DNA of 62,221 nt, filler included, from Choristocarpus tenellus KU-1152 (Eukaryota; Protista; Phaeophyceae): the NCBI GenBank assembly GCA_964200185.2. It is 8 parts of 8 records of this genome, joined end to end, with 100 filler letters (N's around TTAATTAATTAA, not from the genome) between each part and the next. Parts side by side here need not be neighbours in the genome. Positions count along the whole stretch, not along the records: positions 15,481 to 25,981 come from CAXNAD020002892.1; positions 26,082 to 43,164 come from CAXNAD020000726.1; 6 more parts are not named here. One strand, written 5' to 3'. Positions 22,927-36,928 of this stretch are shown here, piece by piece (within the stretch, counting starts at the first letter, position 1; every line of letters begins with the position of its first letter). A program made the translations under genes and the position numbers. The notes beneath the pieces are model-generated. The model had not been told where the DNA came from. It was given only the letters and a program-made list of their open reading frames with translations, and ran no database searches.

Positions 22927-25437
22927 TGCTCATACAAGTAGATGCTGACAAATCCCACACAACGTTAGAGAGAAGGGGACATGCACAACCTTCCAACCTT
23001 CCAACCTTCGTTGGTGGATCCTAAGTGGTCTTCTAATAGGCACGAAACCATGCGCTGAACAGTACAGTACATGTTGGATTTCTTGCTGTCTGGCTGCCTG
23101 GTTAGGGCAGAAATCAGAGTCCTGCGTTGTTTAAGTGGACAAATTTTCTGAGTGCAGTAGGTTCAATGTTTTTAATAGGTGATTGTACCTCGGCTGAAGA
23201 ATTGGCATACCTCTGGATAAGTATGGATAGTGTGCTGTGCTTCGATGTTGCAAGGGTGAAGTGTATCAACTATCTGCATATTGTGAAGAAGGTGTTCCTC
23301 TTCTAGGGTCTGAGGGACCACCCTTCCTGTGGTAGAAGTTTCTTTCAACTATTTGACGTCATGAAGGATGTGAGCCCCTGTTCTTGCAGTGAAGTTGAAC
23401 TGTATCACCGAGCCATTAGTGCACCCACAATGGCACTTCAGTCATCTTCAAGTTTTTACGTGTCTGGCATTGTGCAGAATTGCAGCTGTTGATTGAGTTG
23501 GGCCCTGTATGCCATCCAGTACTAGTAGCATCTGTGGATACTGTATTACTTGAGCTAGTCCTTGAGTCAGACATGGTATTGACCAGCCCCCCCCCCCCAC
23601 ACTTGCACTGCAAAAGCGGTAATGTAGCTGCTAAAGCGAGCAAATGGGGTGTGTGTCATTTATGTTTGACCGGCATGGACCACAAGTAACTTTTTACCCT
23701 AATGCCTGATAACACCCTGCTCTTCATTAGGGCACTGTGCAATCATGTAATCGTGTGTGCCCCAAAACACTTTGGTCCCAGCTGGAGCATAATTTATTTC
23801 TCTTTTTAGACGACATACTCTAGATGATGGATGGGTAGGATTTGGGCTAGTTTTGCTTTGTTATGGCATCTATTTATCCAAATCATTGTAGACCCTGATG
23901 CCTGTTCCCCCTCCACCTCCCACGATACAGTTTTATTAAGTAGAACAGGTGTACAATCTTTGGTATGGATGTGTTACCTGCCCTTGCTTTTTTCACCAGA
24001 TATCAGCTTGTGTAAGTCTACCTGGTGGCAAAAATATTCAGAGCACACGCTCAGGAAGCAGCAGATACTTTGGTATTCTTGAACCTGGAATAGTTGCCTC
24101 TCAGGTCTAACTTTTCTCGACATACTGGCACAAAGGGCTACGTTGTTGCAAATTTCCATTGTTGTGAGTTTCCTCCGAATAGTTTAATAGAGAGTGTCGT
24201 GTGGACTGGAATCCCCCAGTTCCCATTGACAGTACTTTTTTGTAGCCTCGAAACTAGGTCTTCTGACATGCTACGAAGGTTCCTTGGTGTTCTGGTATGT
24301 ACTTGTTTGAATTATATCAAAGTCACAGAGTGGTAACAAACAAGCTTCTATTTTGTCTCTACAAGTGCAAGGCTACTCTCGTTCATCTTATCGAAAGGGT
24401 AGGGTTCATGCACCTACTCAATATAAGTTTGGGGACAGATAGACAACTATGATTGAACCTCGTACACAATTTAAGTTGAAAATAAACGTTAGTTGTAATA
24501 TGTAAGCGAGTTCGTATTGCCTTCTTCTGACTATCTATCGACCACATTAGAGGGGTTCCTCAGATCAACATGATGAAAAATAACAAAAACGATAATATAT
24601 AAACATCAATATTTCACACACTTCAGAAATGCATAAAATATGAAGTGATGAACAAAGGTTCTACTGCTCACTGACTCTCTTTGGGTTGAAAAGAAGAAAC
24701 CCTTGTGATGAGGATACACACACACACATATAATATATATTGTGTAATGCTTCATAACAATACCTCTAACCTCCACACAGCAAAGGTACTTATTAATGGA
24801 AATGCAGTCATACTGTCTTTGCAAATGTATTTTACCAACTCATTACAGTTTGATGACTATCACATTACTGCCTTTTCCATTCATGGTGGTCCTTGGAATA
24901 GATTCCAACCCTCTCCATCATAGCATGGGCAACCCAGTAGTACAGTACCATGATCAGTTGGAGGCACGTTTCAAGTTGAAATGCAAGTGCCAAAGCATAG
25001 ATGGTATGTCATGCTGTCTCTTTAGTGGGGGAGGGAGAGAGGGTTAGATCATACAACCAACAGATTATCAATAACAAGATTGTAAGGATGAAACTGTGCT
25101 GTAAAAAAGAGATAAGACCTACAATCGATGCCACAGGGGATCTTAGATTCAGGACCAATATAATGCAGTTTTGCCCAGCACCAATCTACATGTTGAACTG
25201 TGATGACATTTTTTCGCTTACCCCCACCAGATCTATCTAATAATATCTTTTGTCAACTACTCCATCAAATCTCTACCTGAACTAAACCTCTATGAAAGTC
25301 ACTGCCCCTTGTGCAGTGGACCACCTGTCTTGAGAGAAAGCCCTCTCAATTGTTGCGAACCAAGGCACTACTTAATAACACAACATTAATTTTGTTCGTA
25401 TCACCAAACTACCAAAACATACGAGATATTTAGGGTG

Positions 25438-25692
25438 TCAGGTCAATAATAATGTACCTTGAGAAAATTAGGGCATCAGATCAATAATAATGTGTCTTGA
25501 GATAATTAAGATATCAGATCAATAATAATGTACCTTGAGAAAATTAGGGCATCAGATCAATAATAATGTGTCTTGAGATAATTAGGATATCAGATCAATA
25601 ATAATGTATCTTGAGAAAATTAGGGTATCAGATCAATAATAATGTGTCTTGAGATAATTAAGATATCAGATCAATAATAATAATACGTCTTG
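25438..25692. repeat. 38-bp minisatellite with alternating A/B variants (76-bp higher-order unit)
   Basis: ATCAGATCAATAATAATGTACCTTGAGAAAATTAGGGC alternates with ATCAGATCAATAATAATGTGTCTTGAGATAATTAAGAT, ~6.5 units. Confidence 0.92.
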
Positions 25693-26081
25693 AAGCCAAA
25701 CCCTGTTCTTGGATTGTATTGTAGTAACCTATGACAAAAAAAAGAAGGCATGCACTGTCTTTGTATCACCAAACTGCCAAAACTTACAAGACACTTATGG
25801 TATCAGTGACATCAACAGACCCCAGGAGAGGGGTCGTAAAGTATACTCCGTAGGATATTGGTTACCAGCCCTTACCCTAGTCCTAGATGAAAAAAAAAGT
25901 ATTTCAGCAAGTCTTGTTGGTGCGAACACAGTCACGGGGGGGGGGGGGGGGCATAGGTGTGGGGGGAAACTATTTTAGGGGNNNNNNNNNNNNNNNNNNN
26001 NNNNNNNNNNNNNNNNNNNNNNNNNTTAATTAATTAANNNNNNNNNNNNNNNNNNNNNNNNNNNNNNNNNNNNNNNNNNNN

Positions 26082-26191
26082 TCCGATTTGGTCGCACGTG
26101 TCAGATTTGAAATGTCAGCAAAAAAAAGAGTTTGACCGAAACGGACGCCCCCCCACAAACCCCCCCCCCCCCCCCCAAGATACTTTCACCC
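26082..26191. mobile_element. MITE end (A-related) at contig start
   Basis: ACGGACGCC-polyC-AAGATACTTTCACCC TIR. Confidence 0.7.
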
Positions 26192-26822
26192 AGCAGTAGT
26201 ACGTCAATGGTTTAGAAATTAGTCTTATCCTTTTGTTAGCAAGGGCATGCAGGGACCAAACATTTTATCTGGTGCTGTTGGTAGTGGGCTGCATTATGTG
26301 AAGCGTGGTCAATCAAAGGTTCTACCCAGCCCGTTTTCTACAAGGAATCTGATCATCACCATCTTGCAAGTTCATTTGCCCTGTGGCAAGAGTTCTTTTC
26401 ATATCATGTACCCGTAACATCTTTTGTTCAAATTCTTTCGGAACAGGTATCAAGAGGTAGCAAATTTATGTCACTATAAGAGGGTGTTTGTTACCTTTGA
26501 AGCATGAGTTGCATGAGAGGAAAAATGCTTCCGATTGAATGTGCCAGCAGCATAATCCAATCTGCTGAACTGGTGTCATTTGTTGGGTGACCAATCTTCT
26601 CACACAATGCACAATAAGCTGACAAGCACTGACATTTCAGGGCCAGAACTATGATTGTTGTCACCATGCTCCCTCTCATTTTCACCGTTGAGTACTCTAC
26701 ACTTTTCCTGCTCCTTTGCATGCAATTCCCCCTACAAAACTTGATTCCTCCTGTGTTTCACCTTTTTTGTATTCATGAGACCCCTTATTCCTACCCATGC
26801 ACTCTGGTTTTACCTGTTGCAG

Positions 26823-29795
26823 AAAATTATGGCTGCAGCTGCTAATGGGCCCAGAGGTGTCCATCTTGAACTTGGTGGAAAGAGTCCAATGATTGTGTTT
26901 GATGACATTGAGGATGTTCAGGCCACAGCTGATTGGTCAGTAGTCCCTCCCCTTTCACCAACCTCCACGTTTCATCTGTGGATATTTGTACGTGTTTGTG
27001 ATGGCATCACGTTTTAGATCACTTTTCTCCCTTATTTTTGGTGTTTGACCTATCCGGTTAACCTAAACTGTTGTTGTTGGAGAAGTTATCTTCTGTCATT
27101 GGCCTTGGTGCACTGAATCTAAGATTGGTATTTCTACCATAGTAGCATCAATGCAGCTACTACATGCACTATGAAACTGCTTTTAATGGTCACTTCCTAT
27201 AGGAATATCTTTGTGTGTTTTACATCCTAGTGTAGTGCTTATTCTTGAGTTTCCACCTTGGCAAGAGACACCCTTACCCTGCAGGTCAACTCCCCCTTGC
27301 CCCAATCTCCTCCTTCCTCCCTCACTGGAATGTTGATGCAGGCATGACTCTTGTATTACATTGGAAGGAGGTGCTTCAGGAATAACATAGTTGGAAAGGG
27401 GAAACATTTTCTTAGTGTCTTCCTTTCATAGGACCTACTGATTCACCCTCAAGCTTCATGAAAAGCAAGTTTGTAGAAATTCTAATGGTCTGCCAAGTGC
27501 ACTAATCCATAGTTATTCCATGTAGTAAACGGCATCTATTGGTGATGCAGTTGTAGTTGATCCACGATGAATCTCTGCCTCACTCTTTGCCTTCCTTCGC
27601 TGCCCTTCTAAACCCCCTCTATCCTTTTCATTCGAACAGGATTTGCGTCGGAATATTTGGCAACTCAGGGCAGGTCTGCAGGTAAAGTGTTGGCAGGGAT
27701 TTATATAGCTGCCAACTGTCCTACCTCACCATACAGCCTCACCGTTGCCCCTGTGTCAAAGGATTTTGTTTTCATACAATAATTTGCACTCTGGAGATGA
27801 CAGGAACTTTCAATTTTTTGTGGCACAGACCACCCTTGTAATGTAATGTAAAGAGGAGAGAAATTGTAACCCGGTGTGTGTGGGAACTTTGTACCTGGAG
27901 GCAATGGTGTCCATCGTCCCCATGCGCCAAGCATTGTTTTTATTTGTGCTTGTCATTAAGAGTTACGTAGAACCATAGGAAAAGAAAAGACAAAATCCTC
28001 CGACTAATCAATGCGATGGAGGACAGTGCACAAGACTTCATCCTTGCCGTTGAAACATAGTAGTGATGGTGTTTATGTAGCATTTGCTACACAGGATTTG
28101 ACAAGTTTGAACAGTAAAACTTCTTCACCCCTGATTATTCCTTTAGCAGGCTTGGTAGATAAGAATATTCTGTTTGCCATTCCTCTCCATTTCCTCCCCT
28201 CCCAAGCATACCGTAACCCCTGTTCCTTCCCCTCCCTCCTGTGGACGTCTGTCAGTGCTACTTCACGTGTCCTCCTGCACAACAAGGTGTATGATGATGT
28301 CATGTCGGCTGTGCTGAAACGTGTGGCTAAGATCTCTGTGGGGGACCCTCTCAGAGAGGAAATGTCTGACACTTGCATGGGTCCACTTGTTAGTGGTACC
28401 CAGCGTGACAAAGTCCTTGGCTTCATTTCAAGGGTGAGTGGCAGTTGCTTTACTGATCGTAGAGGCTGCTGCGATTGTGGCATACCCCTCACTAGCATTT
28501 GTTCTTCTGGCTGTGTTCAATCTCATGCAGTTTTAACTTGTTCACCTTACGGATGATTATGTGCAGGTGTATGATTGTCACACCAAAGTATTTAGGGTGA
28601 AATACTCTTCTGCACTGACTGTAGACCACACTTTTCACATTAACTTGATTTCTCTGGATTTTTATGTCGGGAGATGGTTTGGGGCGGCAGGTAGTAAGAG
28701 TGTGTGGTCAAGGCTGACTAATCTCATTGAGAATTAGAACATTTACTTGATAGTGGATCAGGATAATCTCTCCTCATACCCTTTGTTTCTGGGTCCAGAA
28801 TCTCAAATATTGTTTTCAATCATTCCAAGTTTTTCTGATATCAATTTTTTGCTGTCCCCTGCCCTCTCCATGGGGGGCAATATCGCTCTTGTACCCTGGT
28901 TGGGCACACTGTTCTATGCACCTGCACTCATAGGCTGTTGCAGGAGGTGCAAGGGCAGTGTGTGGTGGAGGACCGCCACGGGATGATGATGGACCTTCCT
29001 CAGGCCGCCTAGCTGGGAAGGGCTATTATGTGGCACCCACAGTGTTAGAGGGGGTGGGGGAGGAGGATGAGGCCTGGGTGGAGGAGATATTTGGTCCAGT
29101 GTTGTGTGTGCGGAGATTTGAGGAAGAGGAAGAGGCGGTGAAGGCAGCCAACAAGTCAGACTATGGACTGGCAGCAGCAGTGATGTCTGCTGACCGGCAA
29201 AGGTGGGTGTAGTGGGGGCTGGGGGGATATTCTTTCGAGGAGATGAGTAGAGTAACGGCAATCTACTATTTCTTCTTGCACACTTGTAAACAGCTGCCCT
29301 GAACTTATTTATTCCCCCATGTTCTACAGTACTTGACACTTATGTTGAGCCTTTCCTGCCACTATTGGTTGTGATTACTTTCTGTAGTACTAAGTAATCG
29401 TTTGTGTGACATAGTGCCATCTACACATTTATGGTCCTTAATGACTGCAGTGTCACTAGCAACGCATCTGATTATAACAGGCACCCCAATCCTTCCTCTC
29501 TGTGAAGCCTTGCATTTACCCTCCTCCTCCTTCCTTCATCCCACCCTCTGTGCAATGCAATTTGCTCTCCTCTCTTGTCAGGTGTGAGCGTGTGGCCCGT
29601 GCTCTCCGGGCTGGTGTGGTGTGGCAGAACAACTCACAACCAGCCCCCATTCAAGGACCATGGGGAGGTTTTGGAAAGAGTGGAGTGGGGAGGGAGCTGG
29701 GGCGGTGGGGCTTGGAAGAGTTCCTTGCAGTGAAGCAGATTATTGCTTGCCCTGGCACATTCAGCATGAAATGTTACCCTGAGGATTCCGCTTGA
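26823..29795 (+). CDS. Aldehyde dehydrogenase, ALDH10/betaine- or aminoaldehyde dehydrogenase-like; 3' five exons
   Basis: Exons 26823-26935, 27640-27681, 28256-28433, 28934-29202, 29582-29795 splice in frame. Motifs LELGGKSP, GQVCSATSR, EEIFGPV, YGLAAAV, PWGG..SGVGRELG.WGL. 5' exons absent (gap upstream). Confidence 0.95.
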
Positions 29796-32700
29796 GGGCT
29801 GAAGTGTTGGGTGTATAAGGAAAGTTGTAGCCCCTCCTAAGATTGAAGTTGGGTTCATCTGTGAGGTTGATATAGATGGAGAGATTTAACACTCGGTGTA
29901 TGGAGTACTTGTTCCTCCCTCGCCCCCCCTTTGTCAGTCCTTGATGAGGGCTAACAGGCATGGGATTAATATAATAAGCAGAGACAAAACAAGACTTTTC
30001 TGAGAAATAGGAATAATGGGAGGAAATAAAGTGAAGAACAAAGATTTTTCTGAGAGATTTATCGGCTCTTCTCTGGACAGATGAATGATGTGTATTCATG
30101 AGGAAAAATCATCAGTGACTGTGTGCACTGCAAAATCGGTGTGATATTGAAGTGGAAAATCTGCTGCATGTTGTAGCAGCAGCCTCACAGTCATGCATAT
30201 GTTTGTGTAGCCATCAAGAGGCTGCTTTTAACACTGCTCAGGACAATACACACAAAGTGTGCACTCGCCACAAGTACCAACTGTGACAATGAGCATACTC
30301 AGTCCAATGATACCTTCCCTAAGGATGAGTTAGAGTGGGGGGTGGTTACCACATCGGATTCCTTGTGAAGAGTAAGCCCCGTTGAACATTTCAATGCCAG
30401 CAATCGGTCAAGCACAACCCTAGCACAGGTGAAAGTGTATACACCTTTCATGAAGTACTAGATTCAATTTGACAGGTGAACATGACTTACTACAAAGCAG
30501 TCACACCTATTCAATCAATATGACTTCCTCAGTAATTTAGGTAACTTTTTAGGAAGTGAAATGTACCCACCCATTGCCATCGCCATTGCTAATGACGCCT
30601 CGAAAAGCATACACTTTTGATAATTGGTTCAACCTCTCAAAGTTACTAAAATGATGTGTTCTAGGGAGAAACTTTTCCAGCCTTGGTTCTACAGCGTACG
30701 CACTGTATTTGCATCTTGAATGGTTTTAATACACAACCATTTAAAGCATATATTGCTAGCAGTAGAAGGCACTCTCTGCAGTCCCTGCTACTCTTTTGGT
30801 TAGTGCTAAGTGTACACAGGGCTCACTCATCTCCTACAGATACAATTCAATCTTCAAACAACAATGTTTAATTGGCACCTCCTATTGGCCGGGAAGAGCC
30901 CCAATGGATTGTACGGAGGAGTGCACATTGCATGGCACCTCTTTATTACCCATCTTGTCTGGAACCATAGGTGGTGTGTTGCGTACACCTTGGTTTGGAA
31001 CGGTCTTGAAAGGGTCCAGTTATTCGTTACATTCCATTTTTTCTGCCCTAGACATATATGTGGGAAACTATCCTTTGTCACTAAGGGTGTTTGTATGAGG
31101 TAGACAGATATTCAAGATTGGATCTGTTTTCTGACTTGTGATGATGAGTGGATATTAATGCCCTTCCTTAGGATTGTGACCCCTAGTGCTACAGGCCACG
31201 TCTGTTTAGATACGATGTTAATGGATTGTTCAAAGCGCTTTTTTTTCTCTATGCTTTGAGTTCTCTTACAATTATTATTTATTTGTACACTTCTTTTCTT
31301 TCCATTTTCTGTGTGTACTCTTTTTTTCCTTTCTGCATTGTGTTACCTCAATATATTTAATGAGACAGTGTATTGAGACAGTGTATTCAATATTATATAC
31401 CAAACCGAAAAATTGATCAACAAAAAGACATGAGGTATTTCCACGTAAGTGCAACTTTGGGGGGTTCTTGGGACGGGGATTGTGCATTGTTTGTTGGTAA
31501 GGGTTGAGTGTCCTCTCCAAGTTTAGATTAGGATCAGGGGGTCAGTCTAGTTTGGGGTAGAGAGTGAGGTTTTCTTGTTTGTGGCATGGAATTGGGATGG
31601 GATTTACACATGAAAGGTAGTAAGGAGCAAGGACTACATTTGAGGTTGTGGTTGGAGATAGAGATGGGGCAATACTTGTTTAGGAGTCAGGCGGCTCTTG
31701 GATTAGGAGGGTATTCAGAGGGGATAGATGGGGTTTGGGTCATGGTTACTGTGGTTAAAGATAGCAAGCGAGGGGAGATACCTCAAAAAGTTTTGAAACA
31801 TCGAGTTCATCCACTCTTTTTCAAGAATAAATTATTTCAACATGTTCCATCCTCCATCCTTGACCCATGAAGAAAAAGGCAAATTTGAACATTTTTGTGA
31901 TACAACTTGATATCAACATTTTTATTGCAGTGTTAATTGTTTCATTGGGTCAGCCTTCGGCAGACCAATCACAAAATAAACACAGCTCAAATATTTTTGA
32001 GGATCAAAAGGCTTTTTTGGGGGTTCAAAGTGCATATATTTACACCTTGTTTTGGACATACCTGTGATAGACCCTCCTGCAACTTGAAGAGGCGATGCTG
32101 TCCAGGGAGAATGTCCCCCAGAGAGTGAAGAGAAACAACTTTACTATAACTTAGAATTGACCTGTAACCATCGAGCTGATTCAAGGTAGCTATAGACAGT
32201 GTTGGCATGTTTGGTCCCAATGTCAACATATCACCTAAATATTTGCTACTCTCAAATCAAATATATGACAGCATTGTGACAAGACATTGGTCCTCAAAAA
32301 TGAACTTCTAACAGAGAAAACCACAAAATGGTCTCATATTTAGAGTCAGAGGTAGTGTATTACTAGCATCTCCCCTACACAACTGATTCTTATTTAAGAC
32401 CATGGTAGACCGATGACCGATCCTTCCGAGCACAAACCTCGCAAATTGCTCTGCTGGGTAGAGTAAACATGTAGTGTATGCTGTCCTCTACAGTTTAATC
32501 TGCTCAACATAGCAACCTCCTCTCCCATATTGCCCATCAACCAACCATCAAGTATCTGTAGAAGAATATATAGATGTAAATATCACATGAAGACAACAGC
32601 AATCCAGTTGACATCCTAATTTTCCATAGAATAAAAACACCCACTGAAGATGTGACTTCATGCACATATGTGGTAAGTTGGTGGGTGTCCTAGTACTGGG

Positions 32701-33673
32701 ACCAATTATATGCCAGGAGTATCCATGAGATACACTTTTCACCCAACTTCACTTAAAGAGTACATGAACAGTTCTTTGAGCAACATTGCTCGAGGATATG
32801 AAAACTTTCATTTTAACATGTCATCTACATATGTCACCTTGAGCAGAACCGTATCAATTCAGATCTGTGATCAGTTGAGAAATACAAGTCTCAGAAGGCA
32901 CGATATGAGCATCAACATCTCATCTCCTCCTGGAGGTGCACATGTAACCCTGCAGCTAAGAGAAGTGGATGGCACAACAAGTAGATCTGCCCCACCAAGG
33001 TAACTTGCACACCTTCCCCTGCTTAAATTATGTACATACAACTTGAGGATGTTCCACAACACAACAGAAGATATTTCACCCAACCACATTCCAAATATTA
33101 ACTGCTACGTAGCTCAAGTTCTTTGTGCACAGGTGAAATTAATCCTGATGTGATCCATTCAAGATTTGCAAAGACCTTCGTTAAATGCTGGCTGTGTTTG
33201 CATAGTTCCCAAGCATTGCTACACAAACACTTATGGGTCTCTATTTCCTTCTTAGCATTTCAACGCAAGGAGGGCAATGCAGACTAGGAACAAACATATC
33301 AATAGCCACAGAAGGAGAAAAGGAGAGGGTCACAAATTCCATTATGTTAAACCCAAACTCAAGTAATGTGCATAGTTTTGAATGGATTGTATTATGTTGA
33401 GGTGTCGATTGCCTAACCCATTAACACAAACCAGCCAACCAACCAACAGCGAAAGCACCATCTACCAAGCTTTTGAAGACAAAATCGACAGTGGAAAAAG
33501 ACAAAATTTGCCCTCCAATTATCCACTCTCGTGTGTCTCACCCGCCCACATCCTGCTGCAAGAGCATTCCCATCCAATCCTTAAATTTCATGGGTAACAC
33601 CAGTAATAGCAATAGAAGGAGGTGAGTATGTCAAACTCAACAAATGAGCTAACCAGCACAAAGAAGATCTGAA

Positions 33674-36615
33674 TCATGGCGCCACAAGGCATGCTCCACC
33701 AGCAGCCTTGATCTTCTTCTCTGCCAGCTTGGTGAAGTTCTTAGCCCGGACAATGATGGGCACTTGGGGCAGACGACCCTTGCCCAACACCTTGAAGAAT
33801 CCCTAATTATGTATGATGACAATGATATCAAAGGAGAATAAACAAGAAAGAATCAGATGTGACTCATGAGTTAAGACAGCATTGTAGAAAACATACATGA
33901 TCTTTGGGGGGGGGTTGTTGAAGGGGGGCTATCACAACAAATTTTCTGTCACAGCATGTTAGTGCTAACTTTATCAAAACCATGTACCGCAACTGAGCAG
34001 CACACATGTACATCTTAATTACATTTGACAAAATATTCTCCTCACTTTTGTTTCGACTTTACCACTGAACCTGAACCTTTTGGTGTCAACCTTTGGTATG
34101 GCAAGCATATTCTACCTTGGACACTGCTATTTGCAGTAGCTGAAATGATACCTAAGTTAAACTGTATGTGAAAAATTTTATTCCATCAGCAATCATGACT
34201 CAGAATGGACACTGAAAAATAGCAAATATAAAGACTTCTGATACACAATCAATGCATCATTTAAAAAGCTAACTACTCATATTCATGCCAGCAATACTCT
34301 CTCTATCCCAAAAAAATATATGTTGTATAGTGAAGGTTTGCATATGGCACAGCATTCAATTATCACACATAACAAACATGTGTTGAACAGTGTTGGAGGA
34401 AGGGTTATGCAAGTTTCAGACATGTTATACATGTGGGGACTGACCACCTCAATTTGAGACAAGCAACAGCCTAAAGATGTAACATCATCCTACCAAATTA
34501 ACAGCAAGAACAAGCGTAAGTTCTCTCATAAAGGATGCACAACTCAAAGAATGCCGTTCAATGAGCCTTTTTGTTATAACCATCTGAAACAACTCTGTGA
34601 ACAGAGGGAACCTAGCATTCCTGTTATCCATCCACCTATTTTAAATAAACCCAAACCCATAAAAAAATGCGGAGAGACTTGGGTTATTGAACAGTGGTCT
34701 TTGAATGTATTGAGGTTCAACCTTATCCTCATTATCAAAATCACGGTAAACTCAGAATTACTTCCTGAGACACTACAGACATAGCTAGGGAAGACTATGC
34801 AAATTCTTTCACCTCAGATGAGACTCTCGATCTACAAGGCAATAATATGAACAAGTGCCATTCCATTTGTTCCTATTAAGTATTATTCATAAATCTGTAG
34901 CAACAGTGAGTCATTTCACAGCAATTCAGTATCACATTCCCACAATGCAGCACTGTTCAACTCACTAGAGAAGTCAATTCCTTGTTAAGGTGTTGGAGCT
35001 CCAGTTTGAAACGACAAGGCAACTAAATTGATACATTACAATCAGATGGCTCCTCTGTGTCCCTGCCCATTCTAGGAGCCCCTAAAATCTTACCGCATTG
35101 GTGACATCAACCACTGGGGCCTTGCCATCCTTGCTATCCTTAACCTGGTCAAGAGTACCCTCCGGTAGCATGGACCATAGGCGGTCAATGTTCACAACAG
35201 GGCAGAAATCCCTGTTCCGCAGGAGGTGGAAGTGTCGCATTCCCACCTAAAGTAGTGGATGGGAGACAAAATTGAGATGGGTATTCAAGCATACCTGTGC
35301 ATCTCAACACTCAGATTTTGATCTTCATAAAAATTCCAATGAATCCTCTATGCATATGCGATGATGTACTTCCTAACCCCCCTTGCTTGCTCGGCAGGAT
35401 TCCATTATTTTCTTGATTGCCCATTGTGGCTGGCAAGAGTTCATATCGGTAATGGATCCTCTATGCAGGTCATGCATAACACAGTTTAATTTCCATGTTG
35501 CCTACTATGTTGAGACTCTCTAATCGATGGATTGTCAATGAATGCGCGCTTGGGGATCATGGGATAGTATTTCGAATAGAACCCACGAAACATCTACTTC
35601 AAATACGATCCACACTAATAAATCCATTGCCTAGCTATTTATCTCATTATCAATAAAAAAGTAATAGCAAACATAGGCTTTTCAGCAGAGGACACTCCGT
35701 CAACTGATCAACACTTCGTCTGCTAATAGGTCATTCTACATGTCAGATCCTGTTCTCATCCACACATGACGAAGTGGGCTCCTGAAAAGTTAAGAAATTA
35801 TTATTTGAGACGTCATACTATACCCTATCAGTGCGCATCAGCTATGCAGTCGAGGGTGAGGGAGGGTGAGGTCTGGTCTGGTACGCGTCAGATTTCCGTC
35901 TCGGGCCCAGAAAATTAGAAGACGATAAATATGCCCACCGAACATGCACAGCACCCACCTTTCCGAAGTAACCAGGGTGAAACTTATCGAAAAGGATCCG
36001 GTGGTGGTGCTGGCCACCTGCGTTACCACGTCCACCGGGATGCTTTCGGTGCTTCCCGACACGTCCATGACCCGCCGAGATATGCCCCCGCTTCTTACGG
36101 TTCTTAGACAGACGGGTAGGCTAGGCAGTATGCCGTTGACGAACAGAGGTTCCATTGGAGACAAGGGACAGTGTCATCGAAGACCAAAAGCATAGATTTT
36201 AAATGCCAAGTATTCAAGACTCTTTGTTTGAAAGCTTTCATTTACAAATATTATCCTCCTTTCGCAACACGCGTGTAAGCATGTTATCAGAATGCCTAAA
36301 GATGGAAACTTCTGGTTGGAGTTGATATGACTGATTCGAGTAGTGTCAGGTAGCACGTATTCGTGATATAAACAGGTGTAATCCCATTCCGCATCACAAA
36401 ATAGGAACGATGCACAGTGAGAAGGTTTGCATACGGCCCCTAACAGTGAGAAAGGTTAGGGGGACAACGTGACAAGGTGTAGTAGTTACAAGGTGCACCC
36501 TCAACTCACCCATAACTCAAGTCCCAACCTTTTTCCTCCCTTCCACAACCAACTGAGGTCATGAGTCCAAGAATCTATCCAATACACACATTATGAATTG
36601 CCCACCACTTACCAT
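33674..36615 (-). CDS. RPL27A: 60S ribosomal protein L27a (uL15), 148 aa
   Basis: Exons 36615-36613 (ATG only), 36120-35959, 35246-35094, 33802-33674. [37 protein letters not shown]...[14 protein letters not shown]...FKVLGKG...[12 protein letters not shown]; all GT-AG, phase 0. Confidence 0.98.
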
Positions 36616-36928
36616 GATGAACCTCTCGACGCTGCCCAACCGCTTGGTGGTTGGTGTGACCAATTCTCTCCCCCCTTCACCCTCTTACTAATAGCCACAA
36701 ATAGTGTCATTAACCATCACCGTTGTTTTTCTGTTTATTAGAATGATAGACAAAAAATCAAAGGTTAAGTTTGAACCAAATCAACATCGCCTTTACAGGT
36801 TTCGTGCAAACCTTGGAAATATGAATATCACATCTACAACCCAACTCCTATACAATCTCTGTACAGTCTCTGTAAAACCTTTGTTGGAGACGACTATTAC
36901 TGTAGTCGATAGATCACACACTGCAGCC
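36616..36928. promoter_or_regulatory. Short divergent (bidirectional) promoter region between RPL27A and HACD
   Basis: 313 bp between the two opposite-facing ATGs. Confidence 0.6.

Noticed and set aside
25438-25692. 38-bp repeats as a CRISPR array
   Set aside because: Head-to-tail minisatellite without unique spacers.
32052-32087. Isolated minus-strand exon-like block HRLFKLQEGLSQ with GTATGT donor
   Set aside because: No partner exons or recognisable domain found.
35838-36195. ORF-track proteins of 108 aa and 83 aa
   Set aside because: Alternative or antisense frames of RPL27A exon 2.
33803-36612. Intronic snoRNAs in RPL27A
   Set aside because: Hairpins (~35620-35730) and partial C/D-like words exist on the minus strand, but I found no convincing box pair, ACA tail or recognisable rRNA guide. 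Needs snoscan or Infernal.
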